Below are positions 50,433 to 59,818 of a DNA stretch of 64,000 nt, piece by piece. Position 1 is the first letter of the stretch. Each line of letters begins with the position of its first letter. Under the pieces are notes generated by a model that was given only the letters and a program-made list of their open reading frames with translations, did no database searches and was not told where the DNA came from. The DNA lies in NCBI GenBank assembly GCA_965248195.1, contig CBDFIQ010000002.1, positions 2,976,001 to 3,040,000 on the forward strand, read 5' to 3'. A program made the translations under genes and the position numbers. Origin of the DNA: Longimicrobiales bacterium. GTDB lineage: Bacteria > Gemmatimonadota > Gemmatimonadetes > Longimicrobiales > Gaopeijiaceae.

Positions 50433-51719
50433 AGTACGAATCCTCCCTCTTCGGCGAAGTCGTACTCGACTTCGGTGGCTTCTGGCAGCTCTGGCTCGGA
50501 CAGCTTCGACAGGATGTAGCGCTCGGCGTCCATGAAGTGGAACGTGCTTTTGTCCTCGATCTTCGCGGTCGGCTGGTCCATGTCGTCCAACGCCCGCCGG
50601 TAGGTTTCCTTCTCCTCGAGGTAGCCCTCGCACGTGTCGAATACTTTGATTTCGCCCCTGGCGTGGAAGGCGTACACACGATCGATGCCTACCTCGACGT
50701 CACTGAAATCCGGGCCCTCTACGCCGAGACCTGCGGCTGCGAATTCCTCTCGCCATTGGTCCTCTGACTTCGAGCCTCCCGCGCAGAGGGTCGGATATTT
50801 CTCGCCGCTCGTCATGGCCTCGACGTGCTGCGCCGCCGTGCGGCCGCCTGCCTTGTATTCCCGGTACAGGTAGAGCGTCGGGCTCCCTGGCTCTTGGGCG
50901 TAGAACAGAGCGGTCGTATTCACGCCTCCGAAGTCGAGGCCCATGTAGCGATGCCAGCGGGCGGGCACCTTGAAGGCCGGGATCTTGTCGTGGTCCGGAT
51001 CGAATGCGTCGTAGATGACACCGGCCGGGCGTGTGAAGATGCCGCGGTAAAAGAGATCGAACTTCCACCGCGGAAGATCCCTTTTCGCACGCTCCCATTC
51101 GGCACGCGGAAACATCGGGTTGGCGATGGACTCGAAACGGATGAACTCGATGTCCTCGCCTCCAGCCTTCCAGGGATCGTAGAGCTTTTGTTTGAGCCAG
51201 CCGAGGTCGTAGGCACCGCCCCTCATGGATCGACAGGCGCCGCAGAATGGCCTCCCAACTGCCGAGCTTGAACTTCCGTTGCCCCGCTTCGTCCAACCAC
51301 GCTGCTTTCGCGGTTGCAGACTCGAGCGATTCCGGATCCTCCGCGTAGCCGAAGAAGATCTGCGTGGGCTCGTCTTGCTCAGCGCCGAAGAGCTTCACCT
51401 CGCCGCCCTTCGAGACCACGAGGACCTTGTCCGAGGAGCGGTAGTTCCCGAGACCAAGTAGGTCCTGGAAGAGCCGTTTGAATTCCGGGAGCGCCTTCTT
51501 GTCCAAGAGCTTGTAGGTGGGACTCACGACGAGGTAGTCGCCTGGGCCGCGGCGTGTGATCTCCCGATGAAGCCAAGCCGGCCCGACGACAGTTTTACCA
51601 GCTTGGGTGCCGGCCACAATCGCGATCAACCGCCGGACGCTCTTCATCGCCTTCGCCTGCCAACAATGGAAGTTGAACCTCAGGACACCCGCATCAGAGA
51701 TCTCCATGAACGGCTTCAT
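50429..51719 (-). pseudogene. Terminase large subunit (Terminase_6 type), frameshift/deletion at ~51213
   Basis: AGTQAGKT, WLDEAG, GLDFG, HFMDAERY. Confidence 0.85.
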
Positions 51720-52065
51720 TCGGATTCCTCGTCGTCGGCTTCCGTGACGTTGTGCTCGACGGATGTGATCTCGATCGCGCCGCCGCCCTTGCCGAAGAGC
51801 TCGTGCGCGATCCTCGGCGGAGCCAGTTCTGGGATACGTCTCTCCGTCACCCTGAAGGCGAGGTTGGCGTCGCCTCCGTCAATGGCCGCATAGAGCGTCC
51901 GTTGGGAAACTTCGACGAGTCCTTTCAGCCATCGGTCACTCGCCTCATGGCACGCATCCGGCCACCAAGGCGATACCTCCCAACGCTGTAATGTGCGAAA
52001 GCCGATCCCGGCGCTTTTGGCGGCTTCTTTTTGGGTGAGTCCGGTAAGGCGTCCCACATCCAGTA
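51716..52065 (-). CDS. Terminase small subunit-like HTH protein (5' truncated)
   Basis: TQKEAAKSAGIGFRTLQRW; HELFGKGGGAI tail. Confidence 0.6.
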
Positions 52066-52659
52066 TGCGACGGGCCGAGCCCACTTGTCCGTCTCGACGC
52101 CCATGCGGATCTCGTTCGTACCCTTGCCCGCGGGCCTATTGAACTCCTCGTCGAGTTGGTCGGCGTCGAGAAGCTGGACGGCGAAACTGAAGTCGTTCCG
52201 GAAGCCGGGCAACATGCGCAGGATCCCCTCGCCGTCCATCGCCTCGGTCTGCAGCACGACCTCCGAGATCCCCTGCCACGACAACCGCCCATCCGCCGAG
52301 GAGGATCTCGGATCACCCCAACGACGCCACGCCTCTTCGATCTTCTTAGCCGCGCCCTCATCGAGTTCGCCGTCGAAACCGAGCGGCTGAGACTGAAGCC
52401 GAATCCCGTGCGGGCCGATGATGTTGTCGGCGAGCAGATCGACGAAGCGGGAGCAATGCGCCGTATTCCGGGCCATCTCGCGAGCTCGCTTCCGGAGCGT
52501 GCGAAGGTCGCCACGCACCTCTGCGTCCGCGCTCCGGATCGAGGCGAGGATCCAGTCTTCGGTGAGACGATTCTGCACCGCGCCGCGGAAGGATGTCCCC
52601 TTCGGGTGAGCCCGTGCACCGCGCATCCGCCGAGATGCCTCGCGCAGCGGGTTACCCAT
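52065..52659 (-). pseudogene. Lambda-type portal protein N-terminal third
   Basis: LRKRAREMARN, NIIG.GI, DGE, QLLDAD, IRMGVE.D..RPVAYW, then breaks. Confidence 0.85.
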
Positions 52660-52915
52660 CGTCGGTCTTCGACTTGCTCAGGTCGTAAAGCCCCGCGCTC
52701 ATCACGTTAAACATCCAGCGCCAGCCGGTGAGCGAGAGGAGTAGAACGCCGCCCGAGAATATCCAGGCCTCGACGCTCGTAAGGCGCGCGATGCCCCATG
52801 TGACCAGCGCCCAGCCGCCGAGCAGCGTGACCGATACCGTGATCTCGGCCGCCACGGAACGGACCGCGCGTAAAGCCTCACGAAACCGCACCGAAGACCA
52901 CCTTCCGCCTTTCAT
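52652..52915 (-). CDS. Small TM phage protein
   Basis: Two hydrophobic helices upstream of the portal. Confidence 0.5.
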   Translation of the reverse strand: MKGGRWSSVRFREALRAVRSVAAEITVSVTLLGGWALVTWGIARLTSVEAWIFSGGVLLLSLTGWRWMFNVMSAGLYDLSKSKTDDG

Positions 52916-53426
52916 GGCCTTGTCTCCGTGTGGCCTGGATCCTAGCCCATATTATCCCCCGCTCCTGACGGTACTCCGGCAGACGCTCGGACTCGAAGCG
53001 CCGATCGCCGACCTCCGTCACCCTGAAGGGGTCCGACTGGATTGCTTGGATCGCCTTGGTGAGCTGGGCGGCTTCCATCTCGTCGAGCGTGAGGCCATCG
53101 ACAACGCTGGCGTCAGTCAGGTCGGGCAGCAGCCAGACCGTGTCGTAATAAATCTGATGGCCGTTCGCGCCCGAATCGACTCGGCCTATCAGGGAGTACG
53201 TGCCGGACTGGAATCCCTGGCTGGCGGCTTTGTTCTCGCGAACCTCGTAGTAGTCGCCAGCGGAGGAGGTCGCCGCGGTGATCGCCGCGACTTCCGACGT
53301 GCCCTTCAGCTCATACGTGAGCGTCCAGCCCTCGGAGGGTGGGTATTTGACGGAAGTGCGATCCCACTCCCAGTTTGCGCCGATGACCAGTATCGCTGGC
53401 TCTGATGTCGGTGGAGTTGCGGGCAA
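52878..53426 (-). CDS. Head-tail joining (gpW-like) protein
   Basis: YPPSEGWTLTY..; position between terminase and portal. Confidence 0.5.
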   Translation of the reverse strand: MPATPPTSEPAILVIGANWEWDRTSVKYPPSEGWTLTYELKGTSEVAAITAATSSAGDYYEVRENKAASQGFQSGTYSLIGRVDSGANGHQIYYDTVWLLPDLTDASVVDGLTLDEMEAAQLTKAIQAIQSDPFRVTEVGDRRFESERLPEYRQERGIIWARIQATRRQGHERRKVVFGAVS

Positions 53427-53562
53427 AATACCGTCCCTTGTGTGGTACTATGGATTCATCCACTAGGAACAGTACGGGAACGGAGATTTTCGCGTAATCC
53501 CCGAAATCGGTAGGTACCGGTATCGGTAGGTACCGGTATCGATAGGTTGCGGGAGGAGCGAG

Positions 53563-53829
53563 TCAGCCCGCTTGAGGAGTGGCGATTCCCGCGCTACGGA
53601 GAGCTTCTGCTAGGGGCCTGAACTCCGCTATCCTGGCCTCGTAAAGAGCCACGAGCGTGTCGCGTGGCGTTCTCTCACTCTCCACAAGCCTCCTGATTTC
53701 TTTCGCATATTGCCGGACCGTGTGAGGCGAGATCGAGAGCATCTCGCCTGTCTCTCGGTAGGGCATCCCGAAGCCGACGAGGGCGACGACCTCCCGGTAT
53801 CTCAGGGTCAGGCGCGCGTCCTTGTTCAC
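53563..53829 (-). CDS. LuxR-type HTH regulator
   Basis: LTLRYREVVALV..G..YRETGEMLSISPHTVRQY. Confidence 0.8.
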   Translation of the reverse strand: MNKDARLTLRYREVVALVGFGMPYRETGEMLSISPHTVRQYAKEIRRLVESERTPRDTLVALYEARIAEFRPLAEALRSAGIATPQAG

Positions 53830-53840
53830 GGTCCTCGCCT

Positions 53841-54116
53841 TCAGGCGCCACTTGCGTGCGCGGGGATCTGATGACCGAAACATTCGATGTCCTCCTTGTA
53901 GCGCTCTCCGATCTCGCGCTGGCGATGAAGGAACGCATAGATTGAGACCGTGCGGTCCCACGGGTCTCTCACGAACGTGAAAACCTGGAGAGCCGCTCCG
54001 CGTCGGCTCCGGAGCTCGGCCAGCGTGAGGTGGATCTCGTGCATCGAAAGCCCGAGCGCGGCCCGCACGGCCTGGCCGCCGGTACGGGGGACGTGAGCGA
54101 ACACGGCTGGTCTCAT
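53841..54116 (-). CDS. Sulfotransferase family 2-like protein (short, possibly truncated)
   Basis: FAHVPRTGG and FTFVRDPWDRTVSIY PAPS-binding motifs. Confidence 0.7.
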   Translation of the reverse strand: MRPAVFAHVPRTGGQAVRAALGLSMHEIHLTLAELRSRRGAALQVFTFVRDPWDRTVSIYAFLHRQREIGERYKEDIECFGHQIPAHASGA

Positions 54117-56008
54117 TTCTTCCATCCCGTAGCCCAGTTCTTTTTACGAGGGGGCGCTGGACGTGCGGGCTTCTCCTCGGCCTCCTCCTCGACGGGCTCC
54201 CGAAGTTTGTCCGCCATCGTGCCGAGCCGCTTCACCAGCGGGTCGCCGAGCGAGTAGAGCGCTGCGAGCGCGTAGACCTCGAGGTCGATGGCCTCGTTGC
54301 GGTCGCGGTTCTGCACGAAAGCGTATACGAACTTCCTACCCTGGCGGACTTTCTTGCGGGTCTCAGCACCGAATTGGGCGAAATACTCCGCGTCCGCGCC
54401 CGTCTTCGTCGGCCCACAAAAGTGCATGTAGCCGGGTCCGCCGGGCTCCTCGCGGGAAGCGGTCAGAGCGAGCCGGCGGAAGATGATCGTCTTGAAGCTG
54501 TGCGTGTTGATCGTCCACGGCTTCACGCGAGACCGATTCGGGCGCTTCAAGCGCTGGAGCGCCTCTCGCACCCGGGCGTCCGCACCCTTCGACGCGTAGA
54601 TCCCACGGCCTTCCTTGCCACGGATGAACCGGAACACGCGATCCTGCAAATAACCGGAGTCGATCATCGTCGCGCGAATCCGGAGATCCCGGCCGGACTC
54701 GTGACGGTACGTCTTCGTGAGCATGTACTCGAGTTCCTGCCAGACCTCGTCCTGCTCCGGATCGCCATGCAGACGTTCGTGCGTGATCAGCCACGACTCT
54801 TCGCGGTCGCCCCAGCCTTTGACAGCGACCTCGAGCCGGTCGTCCTGGACGTCGACGGACGCGGTGAGCACACCGACGCCGTTCGGTATCTCGGCCGGGT
54901 ATTTCTGTGCGGTACTGGCGAGGTCGCCAGGCTCGAACGTCTGGTCTCGTTCCTCCCACGGCTCGCCGAGCTGCAGGTTGATGAACGTCTTCAACTCCTC
55001 GGGGCTGCGCTTCTTCTCGAGCCATAGCGCCGCGAGCTCCGGCCACGTCACCCATGGGGAGTAGAGCGCCGAAATGTGGAAGCCGGGGAAGCGGCCCTCC
55101 GGATTCGTGGCACGCCACTCACCCCCCTCGAGCATCCGGCGCTTTTCGATTTCCTCGATGATCGAGCCGCACTCCCCGCAGACGTACACCGCCGTCTCGG
55201 GCCGATAGACCGTCTCGCCGTCTACCTCCGCACTCTCCCATTTCACGCTCTTCCACACGAGCACCTGGTGCTGATCGCAGTGCGGGCACGGCACGAAGTA
55301 CCTGCGCATATCCGACGCGAGCCATTCCGGCCAGATCCGGCTCGTCTCCAGATCGCCCGGTGAGGAGACCAGCAAGACCTTGCGGTTCCAGAAGTTGCGA
55401 GTGCGCTGGATGCCGAGGCTCAACGGGTCGCCCTCCGTGCCGGCCGAAGCCGGGTAGCGGTCGATCTCGTCGCCAAGGAAATCGCGGATCGGATCCGACG
55501 ACAGATCGGCCGCCGAGTTCGCGCCTACGATCGTCAGGAGGCCTCCCGGGTAAGTCTTCTGGAGCGTCGTGTTGCCCGAGTCACGGGTCCTCGCGTCCGC
55601 CACCTTACCGCGCAGTGCCTTCGAGTCGCGGAGCATCGGAGCCAGCCGCGTCTTGCTCCATCCCTGCGCCTTCTTGAGCGTCGGCTGTACCACCATCGCC
55701 GGGCATGGGTCCTTGTGGATCCGTGATCCCAAGTAGTTCATCACCACTTCGGTCTTCCCGACCTGAGACGCGGAAGCCCACACCACCTTACGCACCAAGG
55801 GATCGCCGAGCGTGTCCATGATTTCGCGGAGGTACGGCACACGACTCGTGCGCCATGGCCCCGGCTCAGGACACGACTCGGGCGAGAGGACGCGGTAGCG
55901 GTCCGCCCATTCGGAGACCGTCATGCGGACCGGCGGCTGGAGACGGGCACGTATCTCTTCCGCGCCGACCGCATGGGCCCGGGCGCGGGAGTCCGCGACC
56001 ACGCTCAC
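54113..56008 (-). CDS. Lambda GpA-type terminase large subunit
   Basis: SQVGKTE, DEIDRYP, VSSP, CPHC, DVQDDR, NEAID. Confidence 0.95.
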   Translation of the reverse strand: MSVVADSRARAHAVGAEEIRARLQPPVRMTVSEWADRYRVLSPESCPEPGPWRTSRVPYLREIMDTLGDPLVRKVVWASASQVGKTEVVMNYLGSRIHKDPCPAMVVQPTLKKAQGWSKTRLAPMLRDSKALRGKVADARTRDSGNTTLQKTYPGGLLTIVGANSAADLSSDPIRDFLGDEIDRYPASAGTEGDPLSLGIQRTRNFWNRKVLLVSSPGDLETSRIWPEWLASDMRRYFVPCPHCDQHQVLVWKSVKWESAEVDGETVYRPETAVYVCGECGSIIEEIEKRRMLEGGEWRATNPEGRFPGFHISALYSPWVTWPELAALWLEKKRSPEELKTFINLQLGEPWEERDQTFEPGDLASTAQKYPAEIPNGVGVLTASVDVQDDRLEVAVKGWGDREESWLITHERLHGDPEQDEVWQELEYMLTKTYRHESGRDLRIRATMIDSGYLQDRVFRFIRGKEGRGIYASKGADARVREALQRLKRPNRSRVKPWTINTHSFKTIIFRRLALTASREEPGGPGYMHFCGPTKTGADAEYFAQFGAETRKKVRQGRKFVYAFVQNRDRNEAIDLEVYALAALYSLGDPLVKRLGTMADKLREPVEEEAEEKPARPAPPRKKNWATGWKK

Positions 56009-56649
56009 GCGGCAGGCTCCATCTCGTCCACGATGCGCTTGGCCAGCTTCGGCCCGATGCCCTTGATCCGGGTCACATCCCCAAGCGCGCGGAGCTGGGC
56101 GAAGGTCTCCACCCCCGCAGCGACAAGCGCCCGATACCCTGGAAAGTCCTCCGGGAGGGGATCGGCCGCAGCTTCGCCTTCCAGTTCGAGCGAATCAGCG
56201 ACGCTCGCCATATCCCTGAGCAACCCCTCGCTGCACACCCGCATCGCTTCCGTCCCTTCCGCCGGCGTCGGGATGCCGACAACCTGCGGGCCCCACGATC
56301 CGGGCACAGACAACAGTGCCGCACGGAACGCGTCGGCTACCTTGCCCACGACGGTGCGATGGTCAGCGATGGCGATGAGTTCGCCCTCCGCCTTCGCCAC
56401 CTCGATTCGACGACGCCGCACTTCGAGCTCCGCCTGCTCGAGCTTGGCCCGGCCCAGCGCTGAATCGGACGGGCGAACACGCTCACGCTCGCGCTCTACG
56501 TACCAGGCGACCGCTTCGCGCAGATCGTAGAGGCGTGTGCCCCGCCGACCCGGCTTCGATGGCAAACCCAGGTCGTCGAAGTTTCGTATTTGGCGGCCCG
56601 TAAGGCTCAACACCTCGGCCAACTCCTTCTGTGTGACCTCAAGGGTCAT
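56005..56649 (-). CDS. Nu1-like terminase small subunit with C-terminal HhH
   Basis: TQKELAEVL wHTH, YDLREAVAWY, IKGIGPK. Confidence 0.85.
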   Translation of the reverse strand: MTLEVTQKELAEVLSLTGRQIRNFDDLGLPSKPGRRGTRLYDLREAVAWYVERERERVRPSDSALGRAKLEQAELEVRRRRIEVAKAEGELIAIADHRTVVGKVADAFRAALLSVPGSWGPQVVGIPTPAEGTEAMRVCSEGLLRDMASVADSLELEGEAAADPLPEDFPGYRALVAAGVETFAQLRALGDVTRIKGIGPKLAKRIVDEMEPAA

Positions 56650-56682
56650 AGGAAACGGAAATCAGTTTTTTCAACCCCCGTC

Positions 56683-56739
56683 GCTAGCGAAATTCGGCTC
56701 TCTTGCGTGACCCGTCGGGGGAAGTGACGAGAAGGACCC
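56683..56739 (-). other. Putative cos site (cosQ/cosN-like)
   Basis: GGGTCCT..GACGGGTCACG..TTTCGCTA immediately upstream of the Nu1-like gene. Confidence 0.6.
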
Positions 56740-56764
56740 GCGACGATCTAACCGGCAGTCCCGC

Positions 56765-57442
56765 TCACCGCGCTGTCCTCACCGCCCGATCGAAGCTCGC
56801 CTCGAAGTTGCTCTCGAAGCTCTGCTCGAACACGGTCTGGGCCGTGACCTCGAACTCGAGCGAGGGCTCGATTTCGGCTTTCGGCGTGAACGAGAAGAGC
56901 ATCCTGAGCTTTCCGACGCGACGCTGACCCCGTGGCTTACGCTTTCCCCCACGCCGTCCAAGCCGCTGCAATATCGCCCCGGTGCCGTCGGACTTGCGGA
57001 TCATGAACGTGCGCTTCTTGCCCCTGTGGACCTCGGCCCTCGGGCCGCTGCCCCAGCGTTCGAACTCCAGACGCCGGGGTCGCATGACCCTCGACACCAC
57101 ACCGGTCTTGCCCCTCCGCACTTCATCGGGCACGGCCAGGCGTGTGCCACGAGGCCGCACTGTCCCGCCCTCCTCGAACTTGAACAAGAACCCACGGCTT
57201 GGGTCGATTTCTACGATGGCCTCGAGGTCTCGCTTCGTGCTGAACTTGCTGACCTTCACGCCCTGCAGCACGTAGGGCCTGCGGATCGTGAAGCGCCGGC
57301 GCATCCCGTCGCGCTGCACAGCCTGGATTCCTTTGGCGGTGTGATTGATCGCCAGCGACGTGGCAAACGGCACCTGGTCGCGGAACAGGAAGCGGAGCGA
57401 CCGCACGACCTCGGCCGCATTGGTATCCACGTCGATTCTCAT
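56765..57442 (-). CDS. Basic phage tail-completion (gpZ-like) protein
   Basis: QVPFATSLAIN.TA; Arg/Lys-rich. Confidence 0.6.
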   Translation of the reverse strand: MRIDVDTNAAEVVRSLRFLFRDQVPFATSLAINHTAKGIQAVQRDGMRRRFTIRRPYVLQGVKVSKFSTKRDLEAIVEIDPSRGFLFKFEEGGTVRPRGTRLAVPDEVRRGKTGVVSRVMRPRRLEFERWGSGPRAEVHRGKKRTFMIRKSDGTGAILQRLGRRGGKRKPRGQRRVGKLRMLFSFTPKAEIEPSLEFEVTAQTVFEQSFESNFEASFDRAVRTAR

Positions 57443-57959
57443 GCCACCGCCCTCCGGTCATGCCCCTCGACCGTGATGTGCCCCAAGTTATCGGGCCCGA
57501 GCATGGAAGTATTCGGTGCTATTTGGCACCTCTGTGACGCCCTTCGCATGAATGAAAAAACCCGACACCTCGATCCCCTTGCGCTCTCTGGGGGTCGTGG
57601 TGCCGGGGTCCCGGTATGGGGTGCCCGACGTCGCTTTTACTGTCTACAAAGCTAGGGCTTCTGGTCCTGCCGGGTCAACAGGAGCAGCCTCGGTCTCGCT
57701 GCCGGGATCGGTCGTCTCGCGCATCACGTCCGTGCTGTCCAATGTCCGCCATTCCACCGTCCGGATGCGGCCCGCTTTGAAGTGCACGTACAGGTGGCCC
57801 GTGTGCTCGTTCTCCGGCAGTAGACCTAGCCGCGCATCCACGATCTCCTGGAGCACCCTGCGGACCTCGGTGTCGGAGCTCACCACCCCATGTCCACGAT
57901 CCAGCGCCAGGCCCAGACGTTCAGCGCGATCACCGATAGCTTCCGGGGATCTGCGTCAT

Positions 57960-58358
57960 TTATTCTGGCTCCTGCTCAGTGGCCCAACTGCGCTCCGCTA
58001 TCTTCTGGCGAGCAATCAGATCACCCAACACGGGATTGATGCCCGCTTTCATCCACGCCAGGTTCGATACCTGGGGGGTGTAGACCATGATCACCATGCC
58101 GTTTTTTTCGGTCGCGTCCTCCTCCATGAGCCGGAGGGTTTCCCTCGCACAGAGCGCAGCTATCTTCTTGGGTGCCAATGCCTCAAAGGCGCCGGCAAAC
58201 GACCTTTCTATGATTCCGCGAGTAAATGCGGTGACTCTGCGCTTCGCGATGAACACAGGTGGCTCTTTGTTTTTTTGGCCCGGCGCGATGTAGAGATCCC
58301 CGTCGGTATCGCCGTTCCCTTGGAGGTAGACAACCAAATTGTCGGGAAGCCGCCTCAT
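57960..58358 (-). CDS. Phage hypothetical protein
   Basis: ATG overlaps the MTase stop; GGAGG RBS. Confidence 0.5.
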   Translation of the reverse strand: MRRLPDNLVVYLQGNGDTDGDLYIAPGQKNKEPPVFIAKRRVTAFTRGIIERSFAGAFEALAPKKIAALCARETLRLMEEDATEKNGMVIMVYTPQVSNLAWMKAGINPVLGDLIARQKIAERSWATEQEPE

Positions 58359-59322
58359 GCCACCTCCTTCACGTCCCGGTAGGCCCGGATGAACGCCGCC
58401 GCGACTTGCGGGATGATCGCGTTGCCGTAGGCGCGCAGGCGTCCCACGCGGTTGGGTACCCCCATGAGCCAGCGGGAATGTGCCGGATTCAACGCGCCGC
58501 GCTTTCCCGTCCGCACAGTCCAAAAAACTTGATCCCTCAACCCAAAAGTGGCACATGGATCCTTCCTGTTCTCCGCCGCGCCATTGTGATCCGATGCCAC
58601 CGGGGTCTGCCAGCCCGCAAGCGCCGCCACGTCGTCCAGGTTCAGCATGTGCCCCTGCTCGCGCCGCTCCAATGCCTTCTCGGGATTCGTCTGCAACCCG
58701 CCCCGGCTCTCTGGTATCGCATTGGGCGTCGGCCAGCCCGCCAGCAGATCCGTCGTCTTCCGGCTGGAATCCGTGTTGCCCGCTGCGTTGTATCCCTTCT
58801 GCGCTGGCGTCCCGGCCATCGGCGTCGGCCACCCACCAAAGCCGCTGCCGGATGTGCGGTGCACCGACGCACGCAGCCGGCAGATCGGCAGCCCCGCAGG
58901 CATATCCCATGTGCTCCTAGATCAGCGCGTACTCCGGCGAGCCATTCACGTCCAAGGTTGCTCGCAACCTGCTCTCCAAAGACCGTTGCAGGTCGGCGCT
59001 CGGCGATGAGCCGGAAAAAAGCGGGCCACAGGTGTCTTCGATCGGCATGGCCACGTCGCTGTCCAGCGCTCGAAAGCGGCTGACAGGGAACGGAGCTGGT
59101 CCAGACGGGCCGCTCGTCGGGCCATCCGGCGAGGCGGAGCGCATGGCCCCAGCCGCCGATCCCGGCGAAGAAATGACACTGGGTGTAGCCTTCGAGTTCA
59201 TCCGGCGCGACCTCTTCGATGCTCCGCTCGTCCACGTCGCCGGGCGCGATCAGCCCCTCCGCGATCAGGTTCCGCAGCCACTCGGCGGCATACGGCTCGA
59301 TCTCGTTGTAGTAGGCTGTCAC
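58355..59322 (-). pseudogene. C5-cytosine DNA methyltransferase with overlapping alternate-frame ORF; two +1 indels
   Basis: FFAGIGG, PCQ, EQV, HIRQRL, YGNAI. Confidence 0.85.
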
Positions 59323-59413
59323 GTGCTTTCATGTCCACTCACGCCACGCTTCTCCGGTCGCTGCCCTGTACGGGTCACATGCCGGTAGTTCTGAGGCCCG
59401 GGCCGCGAAGTGC

Positions 59414-59818
59414 TCATTCGACTATCCCCACGCCCTCCCAACCAAGAGGGCGCTTACCGTCGGCCCAAGCATTCATCCGCTCATGCCATTCTGCGTGACA
59501 CGGTGGGCATAGATCGCCAGTCGGCCAATCGTCTGCTTCCGCGCCGAACACCATCCGCGGCGCCCAGTGATGAAGTTCGACACCAGGCACGCCACAATGC
59601 TCGCATATCCCGCCGATGAAGTCCTTCTCGATTGGTATTTCGTCAAGACAACTATGTCCGTGCTCGCCCATCCACCTCAGCAATTCCGGGTCCGTTCTAG
59701 CAATATTGAGCGCCCCAGACCTCTCAGGGTCGGCCCGAATATGAAACCTGCCCGACCTCATCCGAACCCGGAAAAACCGCGTCTCAAGTTCGTCGTCCCA
59801 CAGGCCCGGCTTGATCAT
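59414..59818 (-). CDS. HNH-like zinc-finger protein
   Basis: CEHCG..ELHH..LCPPCH..WH. Confidence 0.65.
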   Translation of the reverse strand: MIKPGLWDDELETRFFRVRMRSGRFHIRADPERSGALNIARTDPELLRWMGEHGHSCLDEIPIEKDFIGGICEHCGVPGVELHHWAPRMVFGAEADDWPTGDLCPPCHAEWHERMNAWADGKRPLGWEGVGIVE

